Below are positions 9,611-20,141 of a DNA stretch of 64,000 nucleotides, one piece after another. The translations under genes and the position numbers were made by a program. Within the stretch, counting starts at the first letter, position 1. Every line of letters starts with the position of its first letter. Where the stretch lies: assembly GCA_963829055.1 (NCBI GenBank), contig CAWHHI010000008.1, positions 288,001 to 352,000 of the forward strand, read 5' to 3'. The DNA comes from an uncultured Gemmatimonadaceae bacterium (GTDB lineage Bacteria > Gemmatimonadota > Gemmatimonadetes > Gemmatimonadales > Gemmatimonadaceae). Below the pieces are notes generated by a model that saw only the letters and a list, made by a program, of their open reading frames with translations, was not told the DNA's origin and made no database searches.

Positions 9611-11181
9611 TTACCGGGCCTGACGCGCGGCGCCGGTCCGCGCCGCGGTGCTCGGCAGTCTGGCAACCAACGTCCTCATGAAGGCCTGTTGGGAGGTCTG
9701 TCCACTCGTCGCAACGTCCGCCAACGCGTAGTAGGTCTTGATGTAGGCGGTCGTCGACGACAGCAGCGCGTCGCACAGGAAGGGATTGTGAACCCCTTTC
9801 GAGTTGTCACTGTTCGACGCGCCGTACTCGCCGCAGAGTCGAGCGTTGAACTCGGCGCCCTCAGCTGCCGTGATGTCCGCGTGGTCCATTCGGCAGGACG
9901 CTGCTGCTTCACGATGGCGAGCAATCCGCCATCGGTTGGCGCGGCCTGAAGCGTGTTGTCCTTATTCGTGTCCAGCCACAGCTGTTCCGTGGCCGTCTTC
10001 ATGCGAGTGCGAACGCTGTTGAACACCGAGACCGCCACAGCCGCGTCTGCGTGACACCCGGACTGCGTGCAGGACTGCCAGGTTCGCGCGGCCGTCGTGT
10101 ACGCGCACGTCTTGTCGGCTGTCGGCTTGCCCGTGCGCATCCAGGCACGGGATCGGGCGGAACAAGTGGCCGGTCGCCTTGAACACGAAGTTGCCCGACG
10201 TCGGGTCGTTTACCGTGAACTGGAGCACGTGACAGCCCGCGCAGAGCTTCGGGTTCTTGGTCGTGGCGTGCGACCCATAGATCCGTGCGGTGTCGTACAC
10301 GAATCCGGGCGGGCGCCAGCCGGCGTAGCCCAGCAGCACGGCTCCCTGTGGCGCGTGCGGTGTGACCGTCGACGGCGGCTCCGGCTCTGCGCGCCGATTG
10401 TGGCACTTCATGCACAGGTTCTGATCGGGATCCGCGGAGGTCACCGGATAGCGCAACTGATTCGGATTCGACGACCCATGTGGGTCGTGGCAGGTTGCGC
10501 AGGTGGCCGGCGGTTGATAGTCGGTCGGGTTCGCCTTCTCGACGTAAGTTGGCATCGATGCCCCAGCGCGCGAGCGCACCGCGAGCCTCGTGGCAGCCGA
10601 CGCACGACGGATTCGACGCCCGCGACGTGTTCAGGTTCGCGTGTCGTGACTGCTTCCACTCATCCGTGAATGGATGGTGAGCCCCGGAATGACAGTCGCT
10701 ACAGTTGCCGGTGCCGTTCACGCCCAGCTCTGCCAGCGGTCTCACCAGGTTGCCCTGGCCCACCCCTTCCACGTGCTCCAGGCCTGCCCCATGGCAGCTC
10801 TCGCACTGGACGTCGTGGTAGACCGGGTCCTTGACGCCGTCCCATCCGGCAGTCGTGCCAGCGGCCGCGTTGCCCCTGCCGTTCGTTGTATGGCACCCGA
10901 AGCACGAGTCCTTCTTGCCCGGATTCGAGTTCAGTGTGTTGTAGGCCTTGGCATGATTCGTCATGCCCCAGCTGCCCTGGAAGTCGGCGTGACAATTACC
11001 GCACGTCGTCTTTTGCGTTGGTCGCGTCGTAGTAGCCGAGGAAGCTCGCCGCAGCCGCCGCCGGCGGATTGAACGGCGGCCGATCCTGGTACACGACGTC
11101 ATCTTCGCACGCCGTGAGCACGGCAACGGCGATCAGCGTGGCCTTCGCGAGAGCGAGCGGACTGAACGACGTGATGCGCAT
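9611..11181 (-). CDS. Lipoprotein 9-heme c-type cytochrome (c554/c552-like; frameshifted)
   Basis: Lipobox VLTAC; 8 CxxCH plus CTQSGCH across joined frames; C-terminal DNSKGVHNP. Confidence 0.85.
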
Positions 11182-11472
11182 GGTGCGATGCAGGTTCGGG
11201 GCGAAGCCGTACCTACGAATGAGCGGAGTTCCGCCGAGAGATTGATGGCTCCATCCGGTCCGGAGCGATAGTCGGCGATTCCCCTAGAGCACCTCCTATA
11301 AAGGAAGAATCGGGCAATCTCCCGCCATTAGCCGTTCGTACCACTATCGGTAGTATTACGGACCGCCCATCGAGCCGCCTGGGCGGCGGAGACCTAACGC
11401 CGCCCGTTCAACGTAATTTGGGGTTCCGGGCACAGCCCAGCTCGGGTTGACTGCCGACCAGGAGGAGAGCTG

Positions 11473-13156
11473 ATGGCGGAGATCCGTCCCTGGCTTGCCC
11501 ATTACGACCCGGACGTGCCGGCCACGCTGGAGCCGTATCCGGAGCGGACGCTCCTCGACTACCTGTCCGAGAGCGCGCGCACGCATCCCGACAGCCCGGC
11601 CCTGCTCTTCAAGGGGCGTCGAGTGAGCTACGCGGAGCTCGAGCGCCAGAGCGACGCGTTCGCCGCCGCACTCGCAGCCAGTGGCGTCGTACCCGGAGAT
11701 CGGGTCGCGCTCTGCCTGCCTAACTGCCCACAGTTCCTCATCGGCGAGTTTGGTGCGTGGAAGGCCGGTGCCATCGCCTGCCCGCTGAATCCCACCTATA
11801 CCGAACGCGAGCTGCAGGAGGCGCTTTCCGCGAGCGGTGCGAAAACGGTCGTGGTGCTCAACCGCTACTACGACAAGCTGAAGGCCATCCAGTCTCAGAC
11901 GTCGCTGACGCGACTCATCGCCACGGGCATTAAGGAGTACCTGCCGCCTGAGCTCAGGATGGGTTACGAGCTGTTGAAGGAGCAGGAAGAGGGCGAGCAC
12001 ATCACGCTCCGTGACGACGACGAACGATTTGCCGAGGCTCTCGAGCGCCATCACACGGCGACGCGTCCTGCGCATCGTGTAGCCCCCAACGATCCCGCCG
12101 TGATTCTCATGAGTGGCGGGACGACGGGCACGCCGAAAGGCGTGCTCGGAACACATGGCGGCATGGTTGCAGCGGGCATGCAGCTCCGCGCGTGGCTTCG
12201 GCAGCGCGATGAACGAGTGGAGCGACACGATCATGCTCCCACTGCCGCTCTTTCATACGTACGCCAATAGCGGCGTGCAAAGCCTCGCGCTCGTCAACCA
12301 CAACCCGATCTCGCTCATCCCTAACGCGGGCGACTTCGGTGACATGCTGAAGGAGATCGCGACGGTGAAGCCGGCGTTCATCTGCGTCGTGCCAACGCTT
12401 CTCAGCGCAATCCTGAACCACAAGCTGGCCCGCGCCGGAAAGGTGGACTTTCGCTCGATCAAGCTCTGTTTCTGCGGCGCCGCCCCGCTCATGGCGGAAA
12501 CGCAGCGTCGCTTCGAGGAGCTGACTGGCGGCGTGATCGTGGAGGGCTACTCGCTGACCGAGGCGCAGATGGCGGTGCTCGCGAACCCCGTACGCGGCGA
12601 GAAGAAAATCGGATCGGTGGGCATGCCGCTGCCCGATGTCGATCTGCGCATCGTGGACAGCGACGACGGTACCACGCCCGTGCCGTTAGGCGACGTGGGC
12701 GAGATCGTGCTGTCCGCGCCGCAGCTCATGCTCGGGTACTGGCAGAGGCCGGAAGAAACCAGAGAGATGCTGCGCACGACCGACGACGGTCAGCGCTTGC
12801 TCTATACGGGCGACCTCGGGTACGTCGACCCGGACGGGTACGTCTTCATCGTCGACCGCAAGAAGGACCTCATCAAGACGAGCGGCTACCAGGTCTGGCC
12901 GCGCGAGATCGAAGAGGCGATCTCGACCCACTCGAGCGTCGCCGAAGTCGGGGTCGTGGGGCTGCCTGACAAGATGAGGGGTGAGTCGGTGAAAGCGTTC
13001 GTCGTGCTCCGGCCGGGAATGACCGCGACCGAGGCCGAGCTCAAGACGTTCTGCCGCGAGCGGCTCGCGCCGTACAAGGTGCCGTCGGACTTCGAGGTGG
13101 TGGCGGAGTTGCCGAAGTCACAGGTTGGCAAGGTGCTGCGCCGAGCGCTCAAATAG
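11473..13156 (+). CDS. Long-chain fatty-acid--CoA ligase (one frameshift near 12205)
   Basis: SGGTTGTPKG, EGYSLTE, YTGDLG, DRKKDLIK, LPKSQVGKVLRR. Confidence 0.9.
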
Positions 13157-13173
13157 CGGACCGGTGTTGGCGG

Positions 13174-13210
13174 GAAGCTGAGCAGCGGTCGTGAAGATAT
13201 CGTTGGTCAT
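13174..13210 (-). pseudogene. Duplicate of the xdhC 5' end (MTNDIFTTAAQL)
   Basis: Identical to 4206-4242, then diverges. Confidence 0.85.
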
Positions 13211-13221
13211 CGGATGACAGC

Positions 13222-13444
13222 GGGGACTGGGGACTGGGGACTGGGGACTGGGGACTGGGGCTGCACGCTGGGCACCTCAGCCGACGGCTGCATGCTGCGG
13301 CCGCACGCTGCCCGCTGCTGCTATTAGCGCCCGGTCACCCACGCGCTGCTCCGCGCAGCCGCACCCAGCGTCACCCAGCAACAAGCACGACCACCCAGCC
13401 ACCAGCTTGTAGTTGCCAGTCCCCAGTCCCCAGTCCCCAGTCCC
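13222..13444. repeat. Heptamer inverted-array element, copy 2; core inverted relative to copy 1 and carrying a solo four-helix-element end
   Basis: (GGGGACT)5 ... (AGTCCCC)~4; 13260-13350 is the reverse complement of ~4303-4393; 13358-13415 matches the reverse complement of 39598-39655. Confidence 0.88.
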
Positions 13445-13450
13445 GATGTC

Positions 13451-15820
13451 CTATCCTGTCACTCCCTTCTCTCGAAGAATCTGCCAGACCTTGAACGGCG
13501 TGATGGGAATGTCGATGTGCCTGACCCCCAGATGCCACAGCGCGTCCACGACTGCGTTCGCGATCGCCGGCGGCGCGCCGACCGTCGCGCTCTCACCCAC
13601 CCCCTTCGCGCCTAACGGGTGATGCGGGCTCGGCGTGATCGTCTTCGCCACCTCCCAGCTCGGCGTCTCCATGGCCGTCGGCACCAGATAGTCCATGAAG
13701 CTGCCGCCCTGAATGTTGCCGTTCTCGTCGTACTGGATCTCCTCGAACAGTGCCGGTGCGAGCCCCTGCGTCAGCCCGCCGTGGATCTGCCCGTCGACGA
13801 TCATCGGATTGATGATGTTCCCGCAGTCATCGACCGCCACGAAGCGACGCACCTTCACCTCGCCCGTGCCCTTGTCGATGTCCACGACGCAGATGTAGCT
13901 GCCGAACGGGAACGTGAGGTTCGGCGGATCGTAGTAGCTCACCGCCTCGAGGCCCGCCTCCATGCCCTGCGGGTGGTTCGTGTACGCGGCGAACGCGATC
14001 TCCTGAATCGTCTTCGAGCGCTCGGGCGAGCCGCGCACGGTGAATTTCCCGGGCGTCCACTCGAGGTCATCCTCGCTGGCTTCGAGCAGGTACGCCGCGA
14101 TCTTGCGAGCCTTGTCGCGAATCTTGCGCGCGGCCATCGCGCCGGCCGCGCCCGCCACCGGCGTCGAGCGACTGGCGTACGTCCCGAGTCCGTAGGGCGC
14201 CGTGTCCGTGTCACCCTCCTCGACCTGCACGTGCGCGGCGGGAATGCCCAGCTCTTCGGCGACGATCTGCGCGTAGGTCGTCTCGTGCCCCTGGCCCTGT
14301 GACTTCGTGCCGAAGCGCGCGATCGCCTTGCCCGTCGGATGAATCCGGATCTCGGCCGAATCGAACATCTTGAGACCCAGGATGTCGAACTGGTGCGACG
14401 GGCCCGCGCCGACGATCTCGGTGAAGCTCGAGATGCCGATGCCCATGAGCTCACCGCGCGCGCGTTTCTCGAGCTGTTCGCGGCGCAGGTCGGCATACCC
14501 GATGCTGCTCCATCGCGAGGTCGAGCGCGCCCTTGTAGTTGCCGCTGTCGTACGTCCACCCGGTGGCCGACTTGTACGGGAACTGCTCCGGCTTGATGAA
14601 GTTCTTCAGGCGGAACTCCGCCGGATCCATCTTCAGCTCGTGCGCCGCAATATCGGCGAGCCGTTCGATCGCGTGGACGGCTTCGGTCACGCGGAAGGAG
14701 CAGCGATACGCGACGCCGCCGGGCGGCTTCGTCGTGTACGCCGCATCCACCGCCACGTGCGCGGCCGGAATGTCGTACGACCCGGTGATCACACTGTAGA
14801 GTCCCGCGGGATACTTCGACGGGTTCGCGGCAGCATCCGCACATCCGTGATCCGCGAGCGTCTTCACACGCAGCCCCGTGATCGTCCCGTCCTTCTTGAG
14901 CGCGAGCTCGGCGTCGATGTGATAGTCGCGCGCGAACGAGTCGGCCTGGAGGTTCTCCATCCGATCCTCGATCCACTTGACCGGCTTGCCTAACAGGAAC
15001 GAGACGGCGATCGCGATCACGTAGCCCGGGTAGACCGGCACTTTGCCACCGAACCCGCCCCCAATGTCCGGAGAGATGATACGGATGCGCTCCTCGGAGA
15101 GACCGACGTGTCCCGCGACCAGCGCGACGCACCGTGCGCACCGCGTGCGGCGCCTGAGTGGTCATGTAGACCGTGAGCTGCTCGCGCGCCTTGTCGTAGC
15201 TCGCCACGCACCCGCACGTCTCGATCGACGCAACGTGAATGCGCGGGATGTACATGTGCTGCGACACCGTGAGGTCGGCGTCGGCGAACATCTGCTCGGT
15301 TGCGTCCTTGTTGCCCGCTTCCCAGTGCCAGATGTGGTTCGTGTCCTTCCGGTCCGGTCGCACGAGCGTGGCGCCCGGCTCCATCGCCTTGTACGGATCG
15401 ATCACCGGCGGCAGCGGATCGTACTCCACATCCACCACGGCGACGCCGTCCGCGGCCGCATAACGACTCGTGGCGATCACCGCCGCGACTTCCTGCGACT
15501 GATAGACGACGCGATCCGTCGGCAACACCATCTGGGTGTCGCTCATGAGCGTCGGCATCATGTGCAGGTTGTACTTCTCGAGGTCACGCCCCGTGATCAC
15601 CGCGAGCACGCCGGGTGTCGCGAGCGCGCGCGACGAGTCGATGCTCACGATCTTCGCGTGCGGGTACGGCGTGCGGACAATGTCCATGTAGAGCATGTCG
15701 GGGAGCACGACGTCGTCGACGTAGTTGCCCTTCCCGCGCAGGAAGCGGCCATCTTCCTTGCGCTTGATCGAATGCCCCATCCCACCGACTTCGGGAGCTG
15801 GTACGCGGCTGCGGTATCAT
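13451..15820 (-). CDS. coxL: Aerobic CO dehydrogenase large subunit, form I (frameshifted)
   Basis: Active-site loop VAYRCSFRVTEA; GHSIKRKEDGRFLRGKG; QGQGHETTYAQI; HHPLGAKGVGES. Confidence 0.93.
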
Positions 15821-15822
15821 GG

Positions 15823-16404
15823 TCAGTCGTCTTCCCGCGTGTCGAGGCGGCGAGTTAGGTCGGCTCTCGGCAGAGTCTCGGCGACGCAGCGCCTTCGCGT
15901 GGCGGGCAGTCGCGCGCGCTCGCGCGGCGCCGCATCCGCGCTCTCGGCGGCGTGCTGGATGGCCTTCACGATGTTCACGTAGCCCGTGCACCGGCACAGG
16001 TTGCCCGAGATCGCCTGCCGGATCTCTCCCTCGGTCGGGTTGTCGTTGTGCTCCAGCAAGCGCGGTCGCCGTCATCATCATGCCCGGCGTGCAGTAGCCA
16101 CACTGGAGACCGTGTTCTTCCTTGAACCCCGCCTGAACTGGGATGCAGGGCACCGCCCTGCTCGAGCCCTTCCACCGTGCGGATCGAATGCCCATCGGCC
16201 TGGACCGCGAACATGGTGCACGACTTCACCGGCGTGATCATCGACCAGCACGGTGCACGCACCGCAATGCGTCGTATCGCAGCCGATGTGCGTTCCCGTT
16301 AGGCGGAGGTTCTCCCGGATGAAGTGCACGAGCAGCAGCCGCGATTCGACGTCGGCCGAGTGCGCCTGGCCATTGACCGTGACGGTGATGTTGTGTGTGG
16401 ACAT
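15823..16404 (-). CDS. coxS: CO dehydrogenase small (2Fe-2S) subunit (frameshifted)
   Basis: [30 protein letters not shown]. Confidence 0.92.
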
Positions 16405-16406
16405 GG

Positions 16407-17304
16407 TCAGCTCTCTCGGTTGCCGATCTCGCCACGCGCGCGGCGCCCGGCGAGCGCCGAGCGCCCGCGTCGCGAGCACGCGAATGAGATCGCGTTTGTA
16501 CTCCTCGCTGCCACGTCGATCCGCGACAGGATCGGCGGCCGATGCGGCGAGCGTCGCCGCCTGCTCGATCGTACGCGGCGATCGAGCGGCTTGTTGAGCA
16601 GGAACGCCTCCGCCGCTCTCCGCGCGAATCGGCGTCGGTCCGACATTCGTTAGGGCGATGCCGGCCCGCTGGCACGGAACCGCTCGCGTCGACCGTCACC
16701 TGCGCGGCGACCGCCGCCGTCGCGAAGTCGCCGACCTTCCGCTCGAGCTTGAAGTACGCGCCACCGGACCGCGCCGGCGGCGACGGCATCGACGATCTCG
16801 GTCACGATCTCGTCCGGCTCGAGCACCGTCGTGAACAGTCCCACGAAAAAGTCGCGCGCAGCGACGGTGCGCGTTCCGGTCGCGCCGCGAATCACGAACG
16901 ACGCGTCGAGCGCGATCATCGTCGCCGGATGATCGTTGCCCGGATCTCCGTGCGCGACGTTGCCGCAGATCGTCGCCGAGTTGCGCACGATCGGGTCGGC
17001 GATCACGCGTGCCGTGTCGTAGCAGCAACGGATACCGATCGCGCACGACCGCAGAGCGCTCGAGCTCTGCCTCGCGCGCGAGCGCGCCAATGCGCAGCGC
17101 ACCATCGCGTTCCTCGACGTAATCGAGCCCGGGAATCCGGTTGATGTCCACGAGCACGGTGGGAGTGGCGAGGCGAAGCTTGAGCATCGGAATCAGACTC
17201 TGACCACCCGACAGCACCTTCGCTTCACCGCCGTGCTCGCGCAGCAGCGTCACGGCATCGTCCAGGGTGGAGGGCGCGACATAATCGAACCGCGACGGAA
17301 TCAT
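16407..17304 (-). CDS. coxM: CO dehydrogenase medium (FAD) subunit (frameshifted)
   Basis: [61 protein letters not shown]. Confidence 0.92.
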
Positions 17305-17349
17305 CGGCACCTCCTCGAGTTTTGTTGGTGCATAACAGACAACCACGAC

Positions 17350-17377
17350 TTGACCCGCGCGCTGCTCGCGCTAAAGT
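17350..17377 (+). promoter_or_regulatory. Candidate sigma70 promoter for coxG in the divergent coxM/coxG region
   Basis: TTGACC-N16-TAAAGT; a TTGACA lies on the opposite strand at 17395-17400. Confidence 0.35.
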
Positions 17378-17434
17378 GTCTCGCGGTTTCGCGGTGTCAA
17401 TGACCCGACGTGGTCGCACGACCAGAGGCTCGCC

Positions 17435-18170
17435 ATGTCGATCCGAATCGAAGAGGTCTTCGAGATTCAGGCGCATCCCGATCGTGTGTGGGCCTACCTC
17501 ACCGATCCGCGACAGGTCGTGAATTGTCTTCCCGGCGCCGAGCTCACGTCCGTGCAGGACGAGACGACGTTTCTCGGCCGAGTGAAGGTGAAGGTCGGAC
17601 CGATTTCGACCGCGTACGCCGGCAAGGTGATTCTCACCGGAGCGACGATGACGCCAATCGCGTCGTGCAGATGATCGGCGAAGGACGCGAGAGCGGCGGC
17701 ACCGGGTCAGCGAAGATGACGATGACGAGCATCGGTCGTTCGAGGCTCGCAAGCGGCAGCCACCGAGGTCCGCGTCGTCGCGGACATCGACATTGTCGGA
17801 CGCATCGCGCAGTTCGGGCGTGGGATGATCGAGAGCGTGAACAAGCAGATGTTCAAGCAGTTCACGGAGTGCGTCCGCGCGACGCTGGCGACGCCGATCG
17901 CGCCGACGCCCGCCGAGTCGGCGACCGACGCCATCAGCGCCATCTTCGATGATGCCGACCAGCCGCCCGCCGCAGCCGACCCGTCGGCGACGCCAGCCGC
18001 GCAATCGCAGTCATCCGTCGCTGGCGACACCCACGTCGGGCTCCATCGTACCTGGCGATCGCCACTGCCGAGCGCACCACCCGCCGCGCCCGCCCACGAT
18101 CGCGGGCAACCGGTGCGCTGATCCCGGTCTTGCTCCCGCGCTTCGTCGACTACCTCGGTCGGTCTCCTGA
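17435..18170 (+). CDS. coxG: CoxG (SRPBCC family) with Pro/Ala linker and C-terminal amphipathic segment (frameshifted)
   Basis: VWAYLTDPRQVVNCLPGA, VKVKVGPI, GRIAQFGRGMIESV. Confidence 0.85.
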
Positions 18171-18252
18171 GCAGACTGTTCCGTCGCTGAGGTCGCGCCC
18201 GGCAGGCCATTGGAAGCCGCCGATAGGCACAAGGGAACTGTTGCGATATGTG

Positions 18253-19208
18253 ATGTACATCACTATCTTGTCGCGGCCGTCTCCTTCCGCAGATCACCCC
18301 CCGCGACCGCTTCATCGCTTTTCGACGCTCGCGCCCAGCGTCACCGCGCCTGACACGGCGCGCCGTTCGCGCACGCGGACTCGAGTTCGCCGTGTACCTC
18401 TCGCCTGAGAGTACACGGTGCCGATACCGCTCGTCTGCGTGAACGGCGGATTGTTGTTCGATCACAACCTGTTGTGGCCCGCTCTCGCTCCGCTCGCCGA
18501 GCGCCGTCAGCTCATCCTCTACGACCAGCGCGGTCGCGGTGCATCGCAGGTCACCGCCGGGTGCTCGCAGCGCACGCATCGAGCATGACGCCGGCGATCT
18601 CCCCGCGCTTCGCGAAGCGATCGGCCTCGCGCGGTGGGATGTCCTCGGCCACTCGTGGGGTGGCGGCCTCGCCATGCTCGCGACTGAACGCGATCAAGGG
18701 CGGCGTTCGACGACTCGTGCTCGTCGACAGCGTCGGGCCCGTCGGCAACTGGCAGGAGAATCTCCTGCGCGATGCACTGCCGCGACTTGGCGCCAGGCGA
18801 TCGCGCGATTCTCGAGCGCATCGATCAGCAAGCGCTGCTCGCAGCCGGACCCCGGCGTTCACAGCGCGTACTCGCGCGCGATGTACGCGGCGTGGTTCGC
18901 CGACTCGTCGCTCGCCACGATGTTTTCGCCGCCACGATCGGATAGTCAGACCGGTGCCGCAGTCGCGTCGCAGCTCCGTGGCGAGGGCTACGACTGGCGA
19001 CGCGCTGCTCCGTGCCGTTTCGGTGCCCACGCTCGTCATTCACGGAGATCGAGATCTGCTACCCGTCAGCGTAGCATGAGAGATCGTCGCAACGCTCGGG
19101 AACGCGCGTCTCGAGATCATCCCCGATGCGGGCCATATGCCGTTCTGGGAATCGCCGGAGCTGTTCTTCACCCTCATCGAGTCGTTTCTCTCGACTCCTA
19201 CGTCGTAA
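18253..19208 (+). CDS. Alpha/beta hydrolase (proline iminopeptidase-like; frameshifts and one in-frame TGA)
   Basis: YDQRGRG, GHSWGG nucleophile elbow, IHGDRD, DAGHMPF; start approximate. Confidence 0.8.
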
Positions 19209-19219
19209 CCACGAGTACG

Positions 19220-19995
19220 ATGCGTCGTCTCGAACTGGTGTTCGGTGCTATTGTCACTGCGCTCGCAGTCTTCGTCGCGGTCGAGGCGCGTGGCGCGCGT
19301 GTGTACTCGCGAGTACCTCGGCGGAGCGGTGTCCGCACCGATCGCGAGCAGTCCGTCCGAGACGCCGCGTCGCGCGCGCCCTGCCGACGACGCCGGTCAC
19401 CGATGAGACGTGTCAGCGCCGCGCGACCTCGAGGACATTCGTCGACGGCTGCGCGAGGGGTCCCCGGGCACGTACGTGGACGAGCTGCTGCTGCAGCGCG
19501 ACTCCGCGCTCGCTCGATGGCCGGATCGCCGCAAGCGTCCGCTTCGCGTGTGGATTCAGCCCGAGACGACGATGTCGGACTTCAGCGCCGAGCTATCCGG
19601 ACATCGTTCGCAACGCCTTCGAGGAGTGGACCGCGACGGGCATTCCGCTCGTCTTCACGTTCGTTCATCGACTCGGCGAAGGCCGACGTCCACGTCACGT
19701 GGATCGATCGCTTCGACGAGCAGATCAGCGGCAAGACGTTGTGGGCGCACGACGATGACTGGTGGATCGTCGAGGCGAACATCGTCCTCGCGATTCACCA
19801 CCGCGGCGGCGAGCCGCTCGACAGCTCCGCCGTGCGCGCCATCGCGCTCCACGAAGTCGGCCACCTGATCGGTCTCGATCATACGACCGACACGGCGAAC
19901 ATCATGACGCCGAAGGTTCGCGTGAAGGAGCTGTCCGACGCCGACCGCGCCACCGCGCGACTGCTCTACACCTACCGCCGGGAAAGGTGAAATAG
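19220..19995 (+). CDS. Matrixin (M10-like) zinc metalloprotease (frameshifted)
   Basis: HEVGHLIGLDH plus Met-turn NIMTP; N-terminal hydrophobic segment. Confidence 0.85.
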
Positions 19996-19997
19996 AC

Positions 19998-20138
19998 CGG
20001 GCATCCCGAGCGGGAGACGGGAACCGGGAAGCATCGAGCCGAACCGGCTCGGGATGCTTCACACGAGGTCCCTCGTCGCTGGCGCTCCTCGGGATGCCCG
20101 TCTCCCGTCTCCCGCCGTCCCGTTCCCGCTTCCCGTCC
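19998..20138. repeat. REP-like palindrome (GCATCCCGAG...CTCGGGATGC) with GGGAGAC/GTCTCCC-type heptamers
   Basis: Inverted ends visible; shares GGTCCCTCGTCGCT...CTCCTCGGGATG with the 47258 element. Confidence 0.7.
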
Positions 20139-20141
20139 GCG

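Noticed and set aside
9611..11181. Calling the lipoprotein cytochrome nrfA with nrfH
   Set aside because: No CxxCK motif, nine rather than five heme sites, and the partner is far larger than NrfH
11242..11255. FNR box upstream of the cytochrome operon
   Set aside because: Only the TTGAT half-site is present; the second half (CCATC) does not match ATCAA
19077..19079. In-frame TGA in the alpha/beta hydrolase as selenocysteine or recoding
   Set aside because: Non-catalytic position where CGA (Arg) fits; TGA is used as a normal stop elsewhere; likely an error or nonsense mutation
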